64,000 nucleotides of DNA from Saprolegnia diclina VS20 (lineage: Eukaryota): the NCBI RefSeq assembly GCF_000281045.1, contig NW_008246136.1, forward strand, positions 71,448 to 135,447. The letters are read 5' to 3'. Under the pieces are notes generated by a model that saw only the letters and a program-made list of their open reading frames with translations, did not search any database and had not been told where the DNA came from. Positions 13,315 to 24,939 of the stretch are shown in pieces. Position 1 is the stretch's first letter, and each line of letters begins with the position of its first letter. The translations under genes and the position numbers were made by a program.

Positions 13315-13818
13315 ATGACGAAGCCCCACGCACAGTACATGATGGGCGACAGCAGCGCCGTGCTCACCCGCCAGCAGACCCACGTCTCGGCGCGCAGCAT
13401 CCACGTCCTCCACACCGGCGCCAAGACGCCAACGACATCGCCCTTCTTTGTGCCCGCGACCCTCGTCGTCGTCGCTGTCTTGCGGGGCGAGACCGTTGAC
13501 CTCTCGCACGCCACTTTTGTCCACCCAACAACAATCATCAAGGTCTATGCGATCCTCGGTGGCGTGCGCATCATCTTGCCCCGGGGTGTTCGCTTCGAGT
13601 CGAGCGGCGTCGGCGTCGCAGGCTCCTTCAAGAGCGTGGCTGAAGACGACTCGCTCTCGACGGAGGCGCCGCTGGTGCAGATCCGGGGCCTCTCGGTCCT
13701 CGGCAAAACCGCACCCAGCGTCAACCACGACGCAGCGCCCGTTGCGATGATGTACTCGTTCGAGAAGGCCACACACGCCGGCCATCATCCTTCGCTGCGA
13801 GCGGCCGCGCGCGCATAA
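13315..13818 (+). CDS. Small intronless protein with LiaF/DUF2154-like beta domain (resembles the C-terminal domain of actinobacterial DUF1707 proteins)
   Basis: Pattern VAVLRGETVDLSHATF...IKVYAILGGVRIILPRGVRFESSGVGVAGSF...APLVQIRGLSVLG, recognised by eye. An AT-rich 3' region follows the stop. Confidence 0.6.
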   Translation: MTKPHAQYMMGDSSAVLTRQQTHVSARSIHVLHTGAKTPTTSPFFVPATLVVVAVLRGETVDLSHATFVHPTTIIKVYAILGGVRIILPRGVRFESSGVGVAGSFKSVAEDDSLSTEAPLVQIRGLSVLGKTAPSVNHDAAPVAMMYSFEKATHAGHHPSLRAAARA

Positions 13819-14286
13819 ACAAAGGGTCTCTTTTATTTATATACACTAATGATATAATCTGTATACTTGAAAATCGTACCTCGACGCGCCTCTCGTTCCG
13901 ACGACATATCAATCGATCAGCCTTTGCCCAAGCTGAGGCGACGGCTCAACGCTGGTACACACGACCGACTTGACATATCTCGACCATCATCGCTTGCGTT
14001 GCTGTTCACGTTGCAGTGGACTGGCTGCCAAGGACTTGGGGAGACGCTGCACAGGCGATGATCACTGGCATGATGGTGTCAATGGCAAAGTGCACTTTGC
14101 CACTTCATTAAAGTTGTTGAGTGTTTTTACAGCCAGTTGCACTTAATCGATCGGGTACCGGTACTGATACGGCGCCTTGCGATAGCCCTACCTACGCACA
14201 GTCAGTAAGGAGGCGACCTCGTTGGACCGAGTGTTGGGTTCCACCGACGATCAGATCTGCTTGAAGCTGGAAATACGCAATTTTTT

Positions 14287-14327
14287 GAGCCAATCAAACG
14301 TGTTCCATCGACGGCCGAGCCAATCAA
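14287..14327 (+). promoter_or_regulatory. Tandem CCAAT boxes (GAGCCAATCAA x2, 30 bp apart) upstream of kynureninase
   Basis: Identical 11-mers at 14287 and 14317, within 70 bp of the ATG. CCAAT is a known oomycete promoter element. Confidence 0.5.
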
Positions 14328-14354
14328 CACGGACGTTTGCACCTTCCGAAAGCC

Positions 14355-15638
14355 ATGACCGGGGCGACGACAACCATCGCCCGCAGTGACTGCGTCGCGC
14401 TCGACGCGTCCGACAAGCTCGCATCGCTCCGTGACCTCTTTTCCCTTCCGCCCAACCAGATCTACCTCGACGGCAACTCGCTCGGGGTGCTGCCCACGGC
14501 CACGTCCGGTCGCCTTCAGGCGGTCATCGCCGACGAGTGGGGCACGGACCTCATCCGCAGCTGGAACAGCGCCGGCTGGATGGACTTGCCCAACCGCATT
14601 GGTGACAAGATCGGAACGCTTATCGGCGCGTCGCCCGGTCAAGTGATCGTTGCCGACTCGACGTCGGTCAACCTCTACAAAGTCCTCAGTTCCGCGCTGG
14701 CGCTCCAGCGCGCTGACGCGACCAAGACGACCATCTTGTCGGATGCGAGCATGTTTCCCAGCGACCTCTACGTCGCCGAGGGCTTGGCCAAGACGTGGAA
14801 CCTCGAACTACAGCTCGTGCCAACGTCCGACCTCCTCGCAGCGATTGGTCCCCACACGGCGGTCGTGCTTCTCACGCCCGTGAGCTATCGGACTGGCGAG
14901 CTCCTCGACATGCACCAATTCACGTCCGTGGCCCACAGCGCTGGTGCACTCATGGTCTGGGACCTCGCACACTCGGCGGGCGCCCACGTCGTCGACTTGC
15001 TCGGGTGCGACGCGGACTTTGCGATCGGGTGCGGCTACAAGTACCTCAATGGCGGCCCCGGCGCGCCTTCGTTTGTATGGGCCCATCCTCGACACGTCAA
15101 CGCTGTCTCGCAGCCGCTGCAGGGCTGGCTTGGCCACGACGCGCCCTTCTCATTTGCGACGTCGTACGTGCCAGCGCCCGGCATCCAGCGCTACGTGGCG
15201 GGAACACCGCCCGTGCTCAGTCTCGCGGCGCTCGAATGTGGTGTGGATACAGTCCTGGCTGCCTCGCCGCTCGGCGGTATGCCAGCCCTTCGGCGGAAAT
15301 CGCTGGCGCTAACGCGCCTCTTTATCGACTGCATCGCCGAGCGCTGTGGAAATGCGTTCGAGGTGGTGACGCCGACCGAGGATACGCGCCGGGGTAGTCA
15401 AGTGAGCTTGCGCTTGACGCGCGGTACCGGCCAGAATGCGTACGCGATCGTCCAGGCGCTCATCGCCGAGCACAACGTCGTTGGCGACTTTCGCGCGCCG
15501 GACCTCTTGCGCTTCGGGTTCACGCCGCTCTACACGCGGTTTGTCGATGTGTTTGACGCCGTATATGCCATTGCGAGCGTGCTCGAGACGCGCGCGTACG
15601 AAGCGCAGGTGTACCAAGTGCGCGCCAAAGTGACGTGA
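14355..15638 (+). CDS. kynU: Kynureninase (PLP-dependent), bacterial-type, intronless
   Basis: Motifs IYLDGNSLG, EWGTDLIRSWN, DSTSVNLYK, WDLAHSAGA, GCGYKYLNGGPGAP (PLP lysine), QPLQGWLGH, RRGSQVS, GDFRAPDLLRFGFTPLYTRF. Confidence 0.95.
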   Translation: MTGATTTIARSDCVALDASDKLASLRDLFSLPPNQIYLDGNSLGVLPTATSGRLQAVIADEWGTDLIRSWNSAGWMDLPNRIGDKIGTLIGASPGQVIVADSTSVNLYKVLSSALALQRADATKTTILSDASMFPSDLYVAEGLAKTWNLELQLVPTSDLLAAIGPHTAVVLLTPVSYRTGELLDMHQFTSVAHSAGALMVWDLAHSAGAHVVDLLGCDADFAIGCGYKYLNGGPGAPSFVWAHPRHVNAVSQPLQGWLGHDAPFSFATSYVPAPGIQRYVAGTPPVLSLAALECGVDTVLAASPLGGMPALRRKSLALTRLFIDCIAERCGNAFEVVTPTEDTRRGSQVSLRLTRGTGQNAYAIVQALIAEHNVVGDFRAPDLLRFGFTPLYTRFVDVFDAVYAIASVLETRAYEAQVYQVRAKVT

Positions 15639-16774
15639 GACGACAGACAACAACGACGAGCGCTTGGTTCGATGGAGAAGTCTAGGACTCGTGAGCTGAG
15701 TGCAAACAGGAGAATCAATACATCGTGCTGAATGGATGTATCGATGATTAGTCGATGAGACCAGTACGCCACATTCGATGCCCTTGGGCAAACCAAGGCT
15801 TTGCTCGGCCATAGAACGAGGCTTTTACGACATACTAGTACGTAGTAGCAAAATCCGAAGAGTACGTGACCCAAAGGTACGTCGTGATCGTCGCTATCAC
15901 ACTGTGTGGGCATCACAAATGAGCTCAACTCGAGACTCGAGGTTACCCTGGCTACGCATTCTACGCCGTTGTTGTCGCCGCCTGAGCATGGCTCCGGAGT
16001 GACTACCGAATCAGAAGATTTGCGCTCAGATTTGAGCTTTGGCTGAAGCCACTGTCACCTGAGTTGAAGGACGACAGATGGTGTTGGCTTGTTGAAGATA
16101 CTGTAGTCACGTCCGTCGTTGCCACGGGCTGTGGTGGACCAGTGTCGATGGTGGACTGTTTGGGCCACGCTCTATTATGTACCGTGCTTGCCAAAGAAAG
16201 GGTGCCCTGCTGGGCAATGATGGAATCTAGTCGACAAGAGGCTCCACGAGACCATATCTCGAGGCTATCTCTGCGTTGGGTATTGCTGCTCAAAGTATCT
16301 AGTCGTGCACTCTGGCTTGGTGAGCCAAACCAACCCAGCCAGCCAAAACAGTGTGTTTGTCCAACCAGACTTGAGAGCACTCACATCAAATACATATGTC
16401 GGTGGTCTGAGTCCGAGCACATCAATGCGGCACCGCACCCAAAGGCTGCCCAATATACACCCACTGCACGGTCCACTGCACCAGCGTTTGCACTCGTCGA
16501 TGACTCGGCGTCAACCCAGCTCCTGTCACAATGGCGCGTGAGCTTCATCCGGACTACTAGTACGCGCGTAAGGCCTGTAGGTTTATTACCGCCACCAAGA
16601 CACTCGAACTGGCAGCTTCCACACTCTCAAGATGCATCCTACTGTGAGCTCCTACTGTGCGTTCGCACGGTTATCAGACCCGTGCCCAACTGGTGTTCTC
16701 AGAGAGTTCTCAGGCTCTTCGTCTTCTCAGATGCTATCAACACCATCACATTCCGTCACACTTTGAAATTGACC

Positions 16775-17890
16775 ATGAAGGTGCTATACTGCCTCGCCGC
16801 GCTTCTCGCCGCCGTCTCGACGGTCACCGCCGCCGAAGACGACAAGCAGCGGACGCCCGAGCAGCTCGCGGCCATTCAGGACGATGCCGATGTCAACCGC
16901 AAGTGCCACACGGCGAATGCCAACTACATTCCGTCGCTCACAAAAGGCAAGTACGTCGATTCGGCTTTCCACAACTGCTTTCGCACCGACACGCAGATCA
17001 CCGAGCTCCTCGACGCGTACGTCAAGCTCAACCCGGAGGTCTTTACCAAGTTTCCCGTCGGCCTGAGCTACAACAAGCAAACGCTGTACGGCTACAAGCT
17101 CGCGGCGTCGCCGTCGGCCACGCAGGCCATTTACCTTCAGTCGCTCATCCACGCGCGCGAGTGGGCCACTGGGTCGTCCAACCTCTACGCAATCTCGGCG
17201 CTCCTCGACGACATCAACAACGGCAAAGTCGCGGGGTCGCTCCTTGAATCCTATGCCTTTTACTCGGTCCCGATCGTCAACGTCGACGGGTACCAGATGA
17301 GCTGGAACGGCAACCGGTACCAGCGCAAGAACGCTAACGGTGTCGACCTCAACCGCAACTGGCCCGGCCCGTACGACGACCCGAACCCGCCCAAGCCTTC
17401 GGACGAGACGTACCCGGGCCCGTACCCGTGGAGCGAGCCGGAAACCAAGACCATTGGCTCGTGGCTGCTCAGCAAGAAGGGCGAGCTCGCGGGCTTGATC
17501 GATTTGCACTCGAACGCCGGCGCGGTACTGATCCCGGTCGGTGACACGAAGGCTGCGCTCCCGGGCGACACGGACGCGCGCCTTCTCAAGCTCGGGAATG
17601 CCCTTGGCACGGCCATGGGTGGTGACTACGAGGTCGGCCGCAGCTACGAGATCCTTGGCTACATGGTCTACCACGGCACGCGCGACTGGGGCCTTCGTAA
17701 CTTGGACAAGCCGACGCTCACGGTCGAAATGATTGGCGAAGACTTTGTCGTGCCTGCGTCGACGATCCGCGCCCGCGGCCAAGAGCTCTACGCTGGTCTG
17801 CAGACGTACGCCAAGGAGTGCACGATCTACAACGGCAAGAACCCGACGTCGAGCCCGACACCCATCGTGACGCCGCGCCCGAGCTGCTAA
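16775..17890 (+). CDS. Secreted zinc carboxypeptidase, family M14
   Basis: Signal peptide MKVLYCLAALLAAVSTVTA; IHAREW (HxxE), PIVNVDGY, RKNANGVDLNRNW, YPGPYPWSEPET, IDLHS, catalytic E in TVEM; Pro/Thr-rich tail. Confidence 0.92.
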   Translation: MKVLYCLAALLAAVSTVTAAEDDKQRTPEQLAAIQDDADVNRKCHTANANYIPSLTKGKYVDSAFHNCFRTDTQITELLDAYVKLNPEVFTKFPVGLSYNKQTLYGYKLAASPSATQAIYLQSLIHAREWATGSSNLYAISALLDDINNGKVAGSLLESYAFYSVPIVNVDGYQMSWNGNRYQRKNANGVDLNRNWPGPYDDPNPPKPSDETYPGPYPWSEPETKTIGSWLLSKKGELAGLIDLHSNAGAVLIPVGDTKAALPGDTDARLLKLGNALGTAMGGDYEVGRSYEILGYMVYHGTRDWGLRNLDKPTLTVEMIGEDFVVPASTIRARGQELYAGLQTYAKECTIYNGKNPTSSPTPIVTPRPSC

Positions 17891-18157
17891 GTGTTGCGCG
17901 CGTCTCGTCTTGTTACTACCTTTCCTCAACAACGTCTTTTTTGTTTGCGACATGCACAATATTGTCTTGTTTCTTGGCGACCGACGACGACGATAATACT
18001 AGTGGCATCGATTGGAGGCATCCCGAACGAACCACCCCTGTTGCGTCGATATATTAGTAACCCGACCCCTACCCTAGCCCTCGAAACGCTGTGAAAGCCG
18101 CACGCCGACGTATATCTATCAAGTTGATACTGCAAATGGCTTGTCTCGATGGAGAAA

Positions 18158-19527
18158 CTAGTAGCGGGGCTTGTTCCAGACCCACTTGTTGCCAGAGTAC
18201 TTGATGCCATCAAGGACCGGGCACCCGCCGTGGAGGCTCATGGGGTCGTTGACGCCGTTTGCGAGCATGCTAGCCAACGCCTGAGCGCGCATTTTCAATG
18301 TATGTAAACGTACCTGTAAAAGACGACGACCTTGCGCTTCTTGGGTGCGACCTTGAGACCTTTTGTGCAGTCCTTCATCGAGTCGGGCTGTGGGAGGCCG
18401 CCGGCGCGCGGGAATATCGTGTGCCCGCCGCTGGCAACGTCCGACATGTACCAAAATACTGTGATCATGCGGTTCTTATAGCCGTGGTGGATGCTTTCGA
18501 CCACATCTGGCGAGTTCTGGTAGCTCTCGACGGGAAAGTAATCCGTGTGGTGATCGTACTTTTGCGTCTCCTCGTAGCGCAGCACTTGGACGTCTTCTTG
18601 GTGCGAGATTGGGACTTTGACGAGGTCCTCCACGCGCTTATCGATGCCCTCCACGAGCGCGTGGCGGTGCGACGGTAGAAAGTACGTCGTGCTCGTGCGC
18701 CACTCGGTCGCGGGCTTGCCAGCGTCCCCGTCCTGGAGCGTCACACCTATCAGTCTCTTGCTTGAGATTTTGGTCGCTAAAAGAGTTGGCTGGCATGCGA
18801 CATACCCGAAGGCGCCAAGTGCTCCATCGAGAGGTCGAGGATCACGTCGATTTCATCGTCGCGCAAAAACTCTTCGACCGAAAAGACGAGCGGCGTCATC
18901 GCGAGCGTCTCGAGCACGACGTCGCCAAGCCCGTGGAGGTTCGGGACTGTGCGCTTATGGCCAACGCGGATACCCGGCCAAATGAACTGACCGCCTTCAA
19001 ACACATAGACGATCGACGCAGCGTGGATCTGGCTGAGCTGCCACAGGCGGTCGCCGCGTGCTGAGAAGAAAGCCCAGCGCTGCTTGTACTTTTTCTCAAT
19101 GTCGCTCGACGGAAGCGCAATCTGTAGCAGCGACTCGAGCTCGGCGCGGAGTGCGCCCAGGTCGAGCGCGGTCTCAAACGGCAGTGGCGCCGCCGTCGCA
19201 AGGCCTTCCTTGTACGCCAGACCTTGCACGCTGTGCATACATGTGAGACCAAGGAGCATTTGATAGCACGTACGTATCGTGCGTCGTCTTGCGGATGCAA
19301 AGCACATGGAAGCCTTGGACCGGAAGGACGTCCGTCAAGTGGGCCGACGCGGCGGCGGCGCACGCAGCGGCGTCGTAGGGACTGCCGACCGGCGACGGCG
19401 TCGGCAACCGCATGTCCATCTGCAGCGATCGCGCGACGGGCGCAAGCACGTGATGCTGGAGGAGCTCGCTGTAGTAGTAGCCAGCGACGGCGACGAGGAC
19501 GATCAGTGCATGGAGAAGCTTGCCCAT
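18158..19527 (-). CDS. Prolyl 4-hydroxylase-like 2OG-Fe(II) dioxygenase, copy 1 (multi-exon, N-terminal signal/anchor)
   Basis: QVLRYEETQKYDHHTDYF (HxD), NRMITVFWYMSDVASGGHTIFP, SLHGGCPVLDGIKYSGNKW; hydrophobic N-terminus MGKLLHALIVLVAVAG. Confidence 0.9.
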
Positions 19528-20256
19528 GGTGCTCTGCTCGCCACGCGGCAAATCTTAGACTGGCGTCGCCGCAACGCACCGATTGGTGCAGCTATTTAGG
19601 TTCTAGCCAATCCGTGCTACGTCTTCTTTGGCTTTTGACCAATCGCATGCGTCGACGTCGGTTGCGGAACTGAATCTCAATGCTGGATGCTCAAAAATCG
19701 AACCAACGCCAATGAAGCACAGCTTTGCTTGGGCTATTTTTTCGTTTGGAGCAACACTCACCACAAGCTCGAGGACACGAGCGATATCGAGCCAAATCGT
19801 CGCTAGCTATTTCCCGTGTCGCTCGAGGGCGAGCTAGGGTAGCGGAAGATTCATATATCCTCGCAAACCGCCATCACGATTTATTTCAAGTATTGGTGAA
19901 GTAAGAGGAAGTACGACTGAGGCTTGAGCCCGGCACCTATTCCGCGTACAATCTGGGTCCTCCGTGTCGACGACGGGACGCGTTTTGGCACAAAAACGAG
20001 GTGCACTGGGTTTGGACAATTGCTCCGTCGAGGCAACCAACACGTCCATCACACGCCACTTGTCTCGGTACCACAGCGTATGTCCTTTGGTTGCTTGATC
20101 ATTTATCGACATCATTATTTCGACTATTCTCCGCTATTTGAAATTGTGAGTTTAGCGCTATTTGTTTCGTTTTTCGACGGTGACGAGCAGTATGGAAGGT
20201 TCAACGTACCTGCGTTGGTGGAGAAGTTGCGCCTCACTTTCATATCTGGCCGCAGC

Positions 20257-21650
20257 ATGAGCACGCGGGCCCACGCGCTCACGCTGCTTTTTGCGGTAGC
20301 CATTGGCCTCTACTCGATCTCGCCCCCGACACTCGTCGACTACAAACACCTCATCGCGTCTCTCTTGGCGCCTGCAATTCATTTTGAGGTGGATCCTGCC
20401 TTCAACGTCTCCGCGTGCAAGGCCGCTGCAGCGTCCCACTTGTCCAACACCACGTACGTCCGTGGCTTCCACGTTCTCTGCCTCGCGGCCACCGCCAACA
20501 ACACGTACACCCTCCAAAGTGTTGACAAAGGGTTCACTTGCTATGTGTTTAGTATCCAAGGGCTCGTGTACGAAGACGGCGTGCTTGGGTACCCTTTGTA
20601 CTATGCGACAGCGCGCGACCTCGACGAGCTATTCCGCGCGCTGCCAAAGTCGAGCTTGGAGGACGCGGACGCGCTGCAGTGGAAGCAGCCACCTCGGTTT
20701 TACGCCCCCGACGGCGACTTGCTCTTGTTCGTGGACCAGCTGCTTGCCTACAATATCGTCTATCTCTTCGAAGGCGGCCAGTTCATTTGGCCAGGGCTCT
20801 ACGTCGGGCACCGACGGGTCGTACCCGACCTTCCGGGGGTAGGGGATGTCGTGCTCGAGACGCTCTCGATGCAGCCACTCGTACTGGCGGTCGACCGGTT
20901 TTTGCACAACGAAGAAATCAACGTCATCGTCGAGCTCGCGCTTCCCCATCTCGCTGCCTCCAGTACGTTGCTGCATTTTGCATATTCCAACTCAGATCAG
21001 GAGCGTAGCGGTCAAGCTCCAAGATGGTGACGAAGACAAACCCGCGTCCGAGTGGCGCACGAGCTCCCAGTACTTTCTTCCGTCGTCCGAGAGTCCCATC
21101 TTGGCGCGTACGACACAGAGACACAGAGACTTCTCTCGCTAACTATCCGTCTGTAGAGATCGACGACCGTGTTGAAGCGCTCGTCAAGGTGCACAAGACG
21201 CACCAGGAGCCAGTCCAAGTCCTGCGCTACGAAAAGAGTCAGAAATACGACCACCACACCGACTACTTTGACGCCAACATGTACGACAACAGCCCCGACT
21301 TCCAAGACTACCTCCATCACGGCCACAAGAACCGCATGATCACGGTGTTTTGGTACATGTCGGACGTTGCGGCCGGCGGGCACACGGCCTTTCCGCGCGC
21401 CGGCGGCCGTCCCCAGCCCGACTCGATGACCGACTGCACAGAAGGGCTCCTCGTCGCGCCCAAGAAGGGCAAGGTCATCGTCTTCTACAGGTATACTGCA
21501 ACACTTTGCGAACACCACGGCAGGATATATCCATGTCGTAGCATGCTCCCGGATGGATCGCTCGACCCGGTGAGCCTCCACGGCGGGTGCCCCGTCCACG
21601 ACGGCGTCAAGTACTCGGGCAACAAGTGGGTCTGGAACAAGCCGCGGTAG
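20257..21650 (+). CDS. Prolyl 4-hydroxylase-like 2OG-Fe(II) dioxygenase, copy 2 (divergently oriented paralogue)
   Basis: QVLRYEKSQKYDHHTDYF, NRMITVFWYMSDVAAGGHT, SLHGGCPVHDGVKYSGNKWVWNKPR. Shares GFHVLC and FEGGQFIWPG blocks with copy 1. Confidence 0.9.
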
Positions 21651-21710
21651 ATAACGCAGTAGCATAACCAGCACCCGCTACGTGAATGCATACAGCCAAC
21701 CACCAAGTCG

Positions 21711-21804
<94 letters not shown>

Positions 21805-21904
21805 NNNNNNNNNNNNNNNNNNNNNNNNNNNNNNNNNNNNNNNNNNNNNNNNNNNNNNNNNNNNNNNNNNNNNNNNNNNNNNNNNNNNNNNNNNNNNNNN
21901 NNNN

Positions 21905-21951
<47 letters not shown>
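21711..21951. repeat. (TATC)n / GATA tetranucleotide microsatellite spanning an assembly gap
   Basis: Perfect TATC repeats on both sides of the 100-N gap. Confidence 0.97.
21805..21904. other. Assembly gap (100 N)
   Basis: Run of N. Confidence 0.99.
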
Positions 21952-22332
21952 CCTATATATTGATCAATTGCGTATCTTGGCAGCCGTAAGCCATGGCTTG
22001 GCGTCGTTGCCGGCAAGAGGTGGTAGACAAACAGTTTGAGGTCGGGTTGCGACGGCGCATCGTCGGTGTCGCCGATCGAGACGCCGGGCGGGCCTGAGCG
22101 ACAGCGAGAATGCTACGCAGCTTAGCGAAATGTTTAACATCAGTTAGCACGGGAATACTTGCTGGCAACGACCAAAGATAGAGACAACACGCAGCGTTGC
22201 GACTGGACGAGGGAACCTCGAGCTCGACGGTTCAGCCATATCTTGACGTATCTTTACCTACATTCATGACATTGACGTTCAGATTCGGAAAGTCGGCAAG
22301 ATTCCACGTGGTCGAAGCGTCGCCTTGGACCG

Positions 22333-24939
22333 ATGTTGCTCTGCGCTACGCTCGTCCTCGCCTCCGCCGCCGCGAGCCAAAGCCTCGCCATCGGCCGGAA
22401 CGCGCGGTCGTCGAATGCGACAAGTGTCGCCTACGCCGACGTCTTTACGGGCGTCGAGGACGCCAACGCGACGCACTCGCTCCACGTCATCACGCAGGTG
22501 CGCTGGCTGGTCAGCGAAGTACATGCCCACGCCTCTCATGTAGGTTCAATTGACCAATTTTGAGTTCAAGTACGACTCGATTCCGGGGCGCCGACAGCTC
22601 GGCGTGATTGGCTCGCCCTTGTTGCGCACCCTCTTGCCCGAGGGCATCCACGTGTACCCCGAGCGCCATGTGTACAGCCAAGTACATGCGTTATGAGCGC
22701 GTGGACTGTCTTGCTCACGCTTGTATAGGAAAAAGAGAAGATTGCGATTCAAAACTTCCACGCGGTCGACAAGGATGCGCTCTTCATGCACAACGTGGCC
22801 GCGACCCAAGTGTTGATTCGGCGCCAAGGCGACGCGACGGCCGAGGCCCAGCGGCTCCAGCGGCAGCTTGACGACGCCGCTGCCCGTACCGTACCTCCAA
22901 AGTAGCAAAGAACGAACCGACATGTAGGTCTCGAGACGCTCCAAGTGCATCTGGATCAAGAAGCGTCTGCGGTTTTGATTGAGCAGCGGAAAATCGCCGA
23001 GGCCACGCGCGATACCGCCCAGCTTGAGCTTGACACCGTGTCGGCCAAAGGTATCCAAGTCCGTTGGATAGGTCACTTGTACGATGTGGATACTAGCGGA
23101 CCAAGAGCGACAGACACTGACCGTCGCCCATGCGAACGCACTGGCCCTTGCCGAGCGGGAGAACGCGCTCGAGCTGGAGCGCATTCGCTTTGACGACACG
23201 CAGCGGCGCGACCAAAACAAGGAGCTCGTACGCAATATATATAGATTGATTCAAACTTGATACAAACGAAATCACGCAACTACTAGGTGGACATGCAAGA
23301 AGCATCCAGTGCTCGCATCGAGCTCAAGCGCCGGGAGACCGAAGCCATCTTGAAGGAGCGGCAGCTTGAAGCGGATAAGGAACGCATGTGGCTCGAGCGC
23401 AACACGACCTTGGAGAAGGCCGTCATTGACGTCGAGGGACGCATCAAGCAGCAGCGCATGAACCAAGACATTGAAATGGCCCAGCTCCATGCCCAGTAGA
23501 ACTTTTCCTGGCAACCAAGGTAGAAATGACACTCTTTTTTAGATTTGAAGCCGAGAAGGACAAGGTCATGACGGCGCTCCAAGCGACGTTTGATAATTTG
23601 GGCGCCGGCGCACTCGTCTTGCTCTCCGACACGGACAAACTGCTCAAGTTTATCGGTTCCTTTGTCGCGCTTGCGTTTGGCATCTACCTCACCCGCGAGT
23701 GCATTCGCATTGGTGGCCAGATCATCGAGCAACGGTAGGACTACGATTTTTGCATTTATTAGGTTGATGTATTCCTGCGGGATCTAGTCTCGGCAAACCG
23801 TCGCTGGTGCGAGAGACGTCGCGCCGTGGCGGCTTCATCGGCTGGGTGCGCAGCTTCTTTGCGGCGCCAATTGGCACAGAGCCGCTCTCGGACGTCGTGG
23901 TCCACGCGGCCCTTGAAACGCGCTTGTACGACTTGGCCAAGTCGACCAAAAACGCGGTTTGAGGCCCCTGAATCTTTCAACTTGATAGTAGATGCTAGAA
24001 AAAACATGGCGCCCCCTACCGCCATCTGCTGCTGTACGGCCCCCCAGGGACGGGGAAGACCATGGTCGCCAAGCGCCTCGCGATTTGCTCGGGCATGGAC
24101 TATGCCATCATGAGCGGTGGCGACGTCGTGCGTCTGCAAATATTGCTTGTCTTTGGAGCCTTCGTGTATTATTTTTGTAGGGCCCCCTCGGCAGTGATGC
24201 GGTCACGGAGCTCCACGCGCTTTTTCGGTGGGCCCAAGCCTCCCCACGGGGTCCGAGAGTCGATTTGGCCGACCCGATTCAACGTGTGTGTAGGTGTCTT
24301 GATCTTCATTGACGAGGCCGAAGCCTTCTTGGGCTGCCGAGCAACGCGCAAAACCCACATGAGCGAAGCCATGCGCAACGCGCTTAACGCATTGCTCTTC
24401 CACACGGTATTGGCGTTTTTGTAGGGCCCGGGTCAAAATTATGTATGGTAGGGGTCCCAAACCAAACACTTTATGCTGGTGATCGCGACCAACCGGCCCG
24501 AGGACCTCGACACGGCCATCACCGACCGCATTGATGATGCGCTGCACTTTGATTTGCCCGAAGCCAACGAGCGCGTCCGCCTCCTCCGCCTCTATTTCGC
24601 CGGTACGAAATCGTTGTCGGTCGCGGGGTTCGAAGCCTGTCGATTAGACTGCGTCGCGGCGCTTCCCGGCGGCGACAACCCCGAGTGCACGGCCATTCTC
24701 GACAAAGCTGGGCCGGCCACGCAAGGCATGAGCGGCCGCGAGATTAGCAAGATGATGCTCTATCTCCAAAACATGGCGTATGCCCAAGACGAGGTTGCAA
24801 CGCGATCCCTACCCCTACTCGATTAAATCCCATAAACTAGGTCGGGATCTCGCCCAAGCTTGTGCAGCGCGTTTTGACCGAGAAAATTGAAGAACACAAG
24901 CGCAAGGCGGACCTCAAGTCGTACAAGGACGAGTCGTAA
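22333..24939 (+). CDS. ATAD3: ATAD3-like AAA+ ATPase (multi-exon)
   Basis: Long coiled coil; TM segment FIGSFVALAFGIYLT; ATAD3 signature RLGKPSLVRETSR; APYRHLLLYGPPGTGKT (Walker A), MDYAIMSGGDV, LIFIDEAEAFL (Walker B), IATNRPEDLDTAITDRID, GMSGREISK. The 5' exons are less certain. Confidence 0.85.

Noticed and set aside
16064..16774. 237-codon open extension upstream of the carboxypeptidase
   Set aside because: Starts at a non-ATG codon and has atypical composition; a clear signal peptide begins at ATG 16775.
16784..17959. Long antisense ORFs (also 33279-34571, 53114-54043, 59614-60501)
   Set aside because: Shadow ORFs expected from GC-rich codon bias opposite real genes.
21682..22039. ORFs with IYLS repeats
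   Set aside because: Translation of the microsatellite and the N gap.
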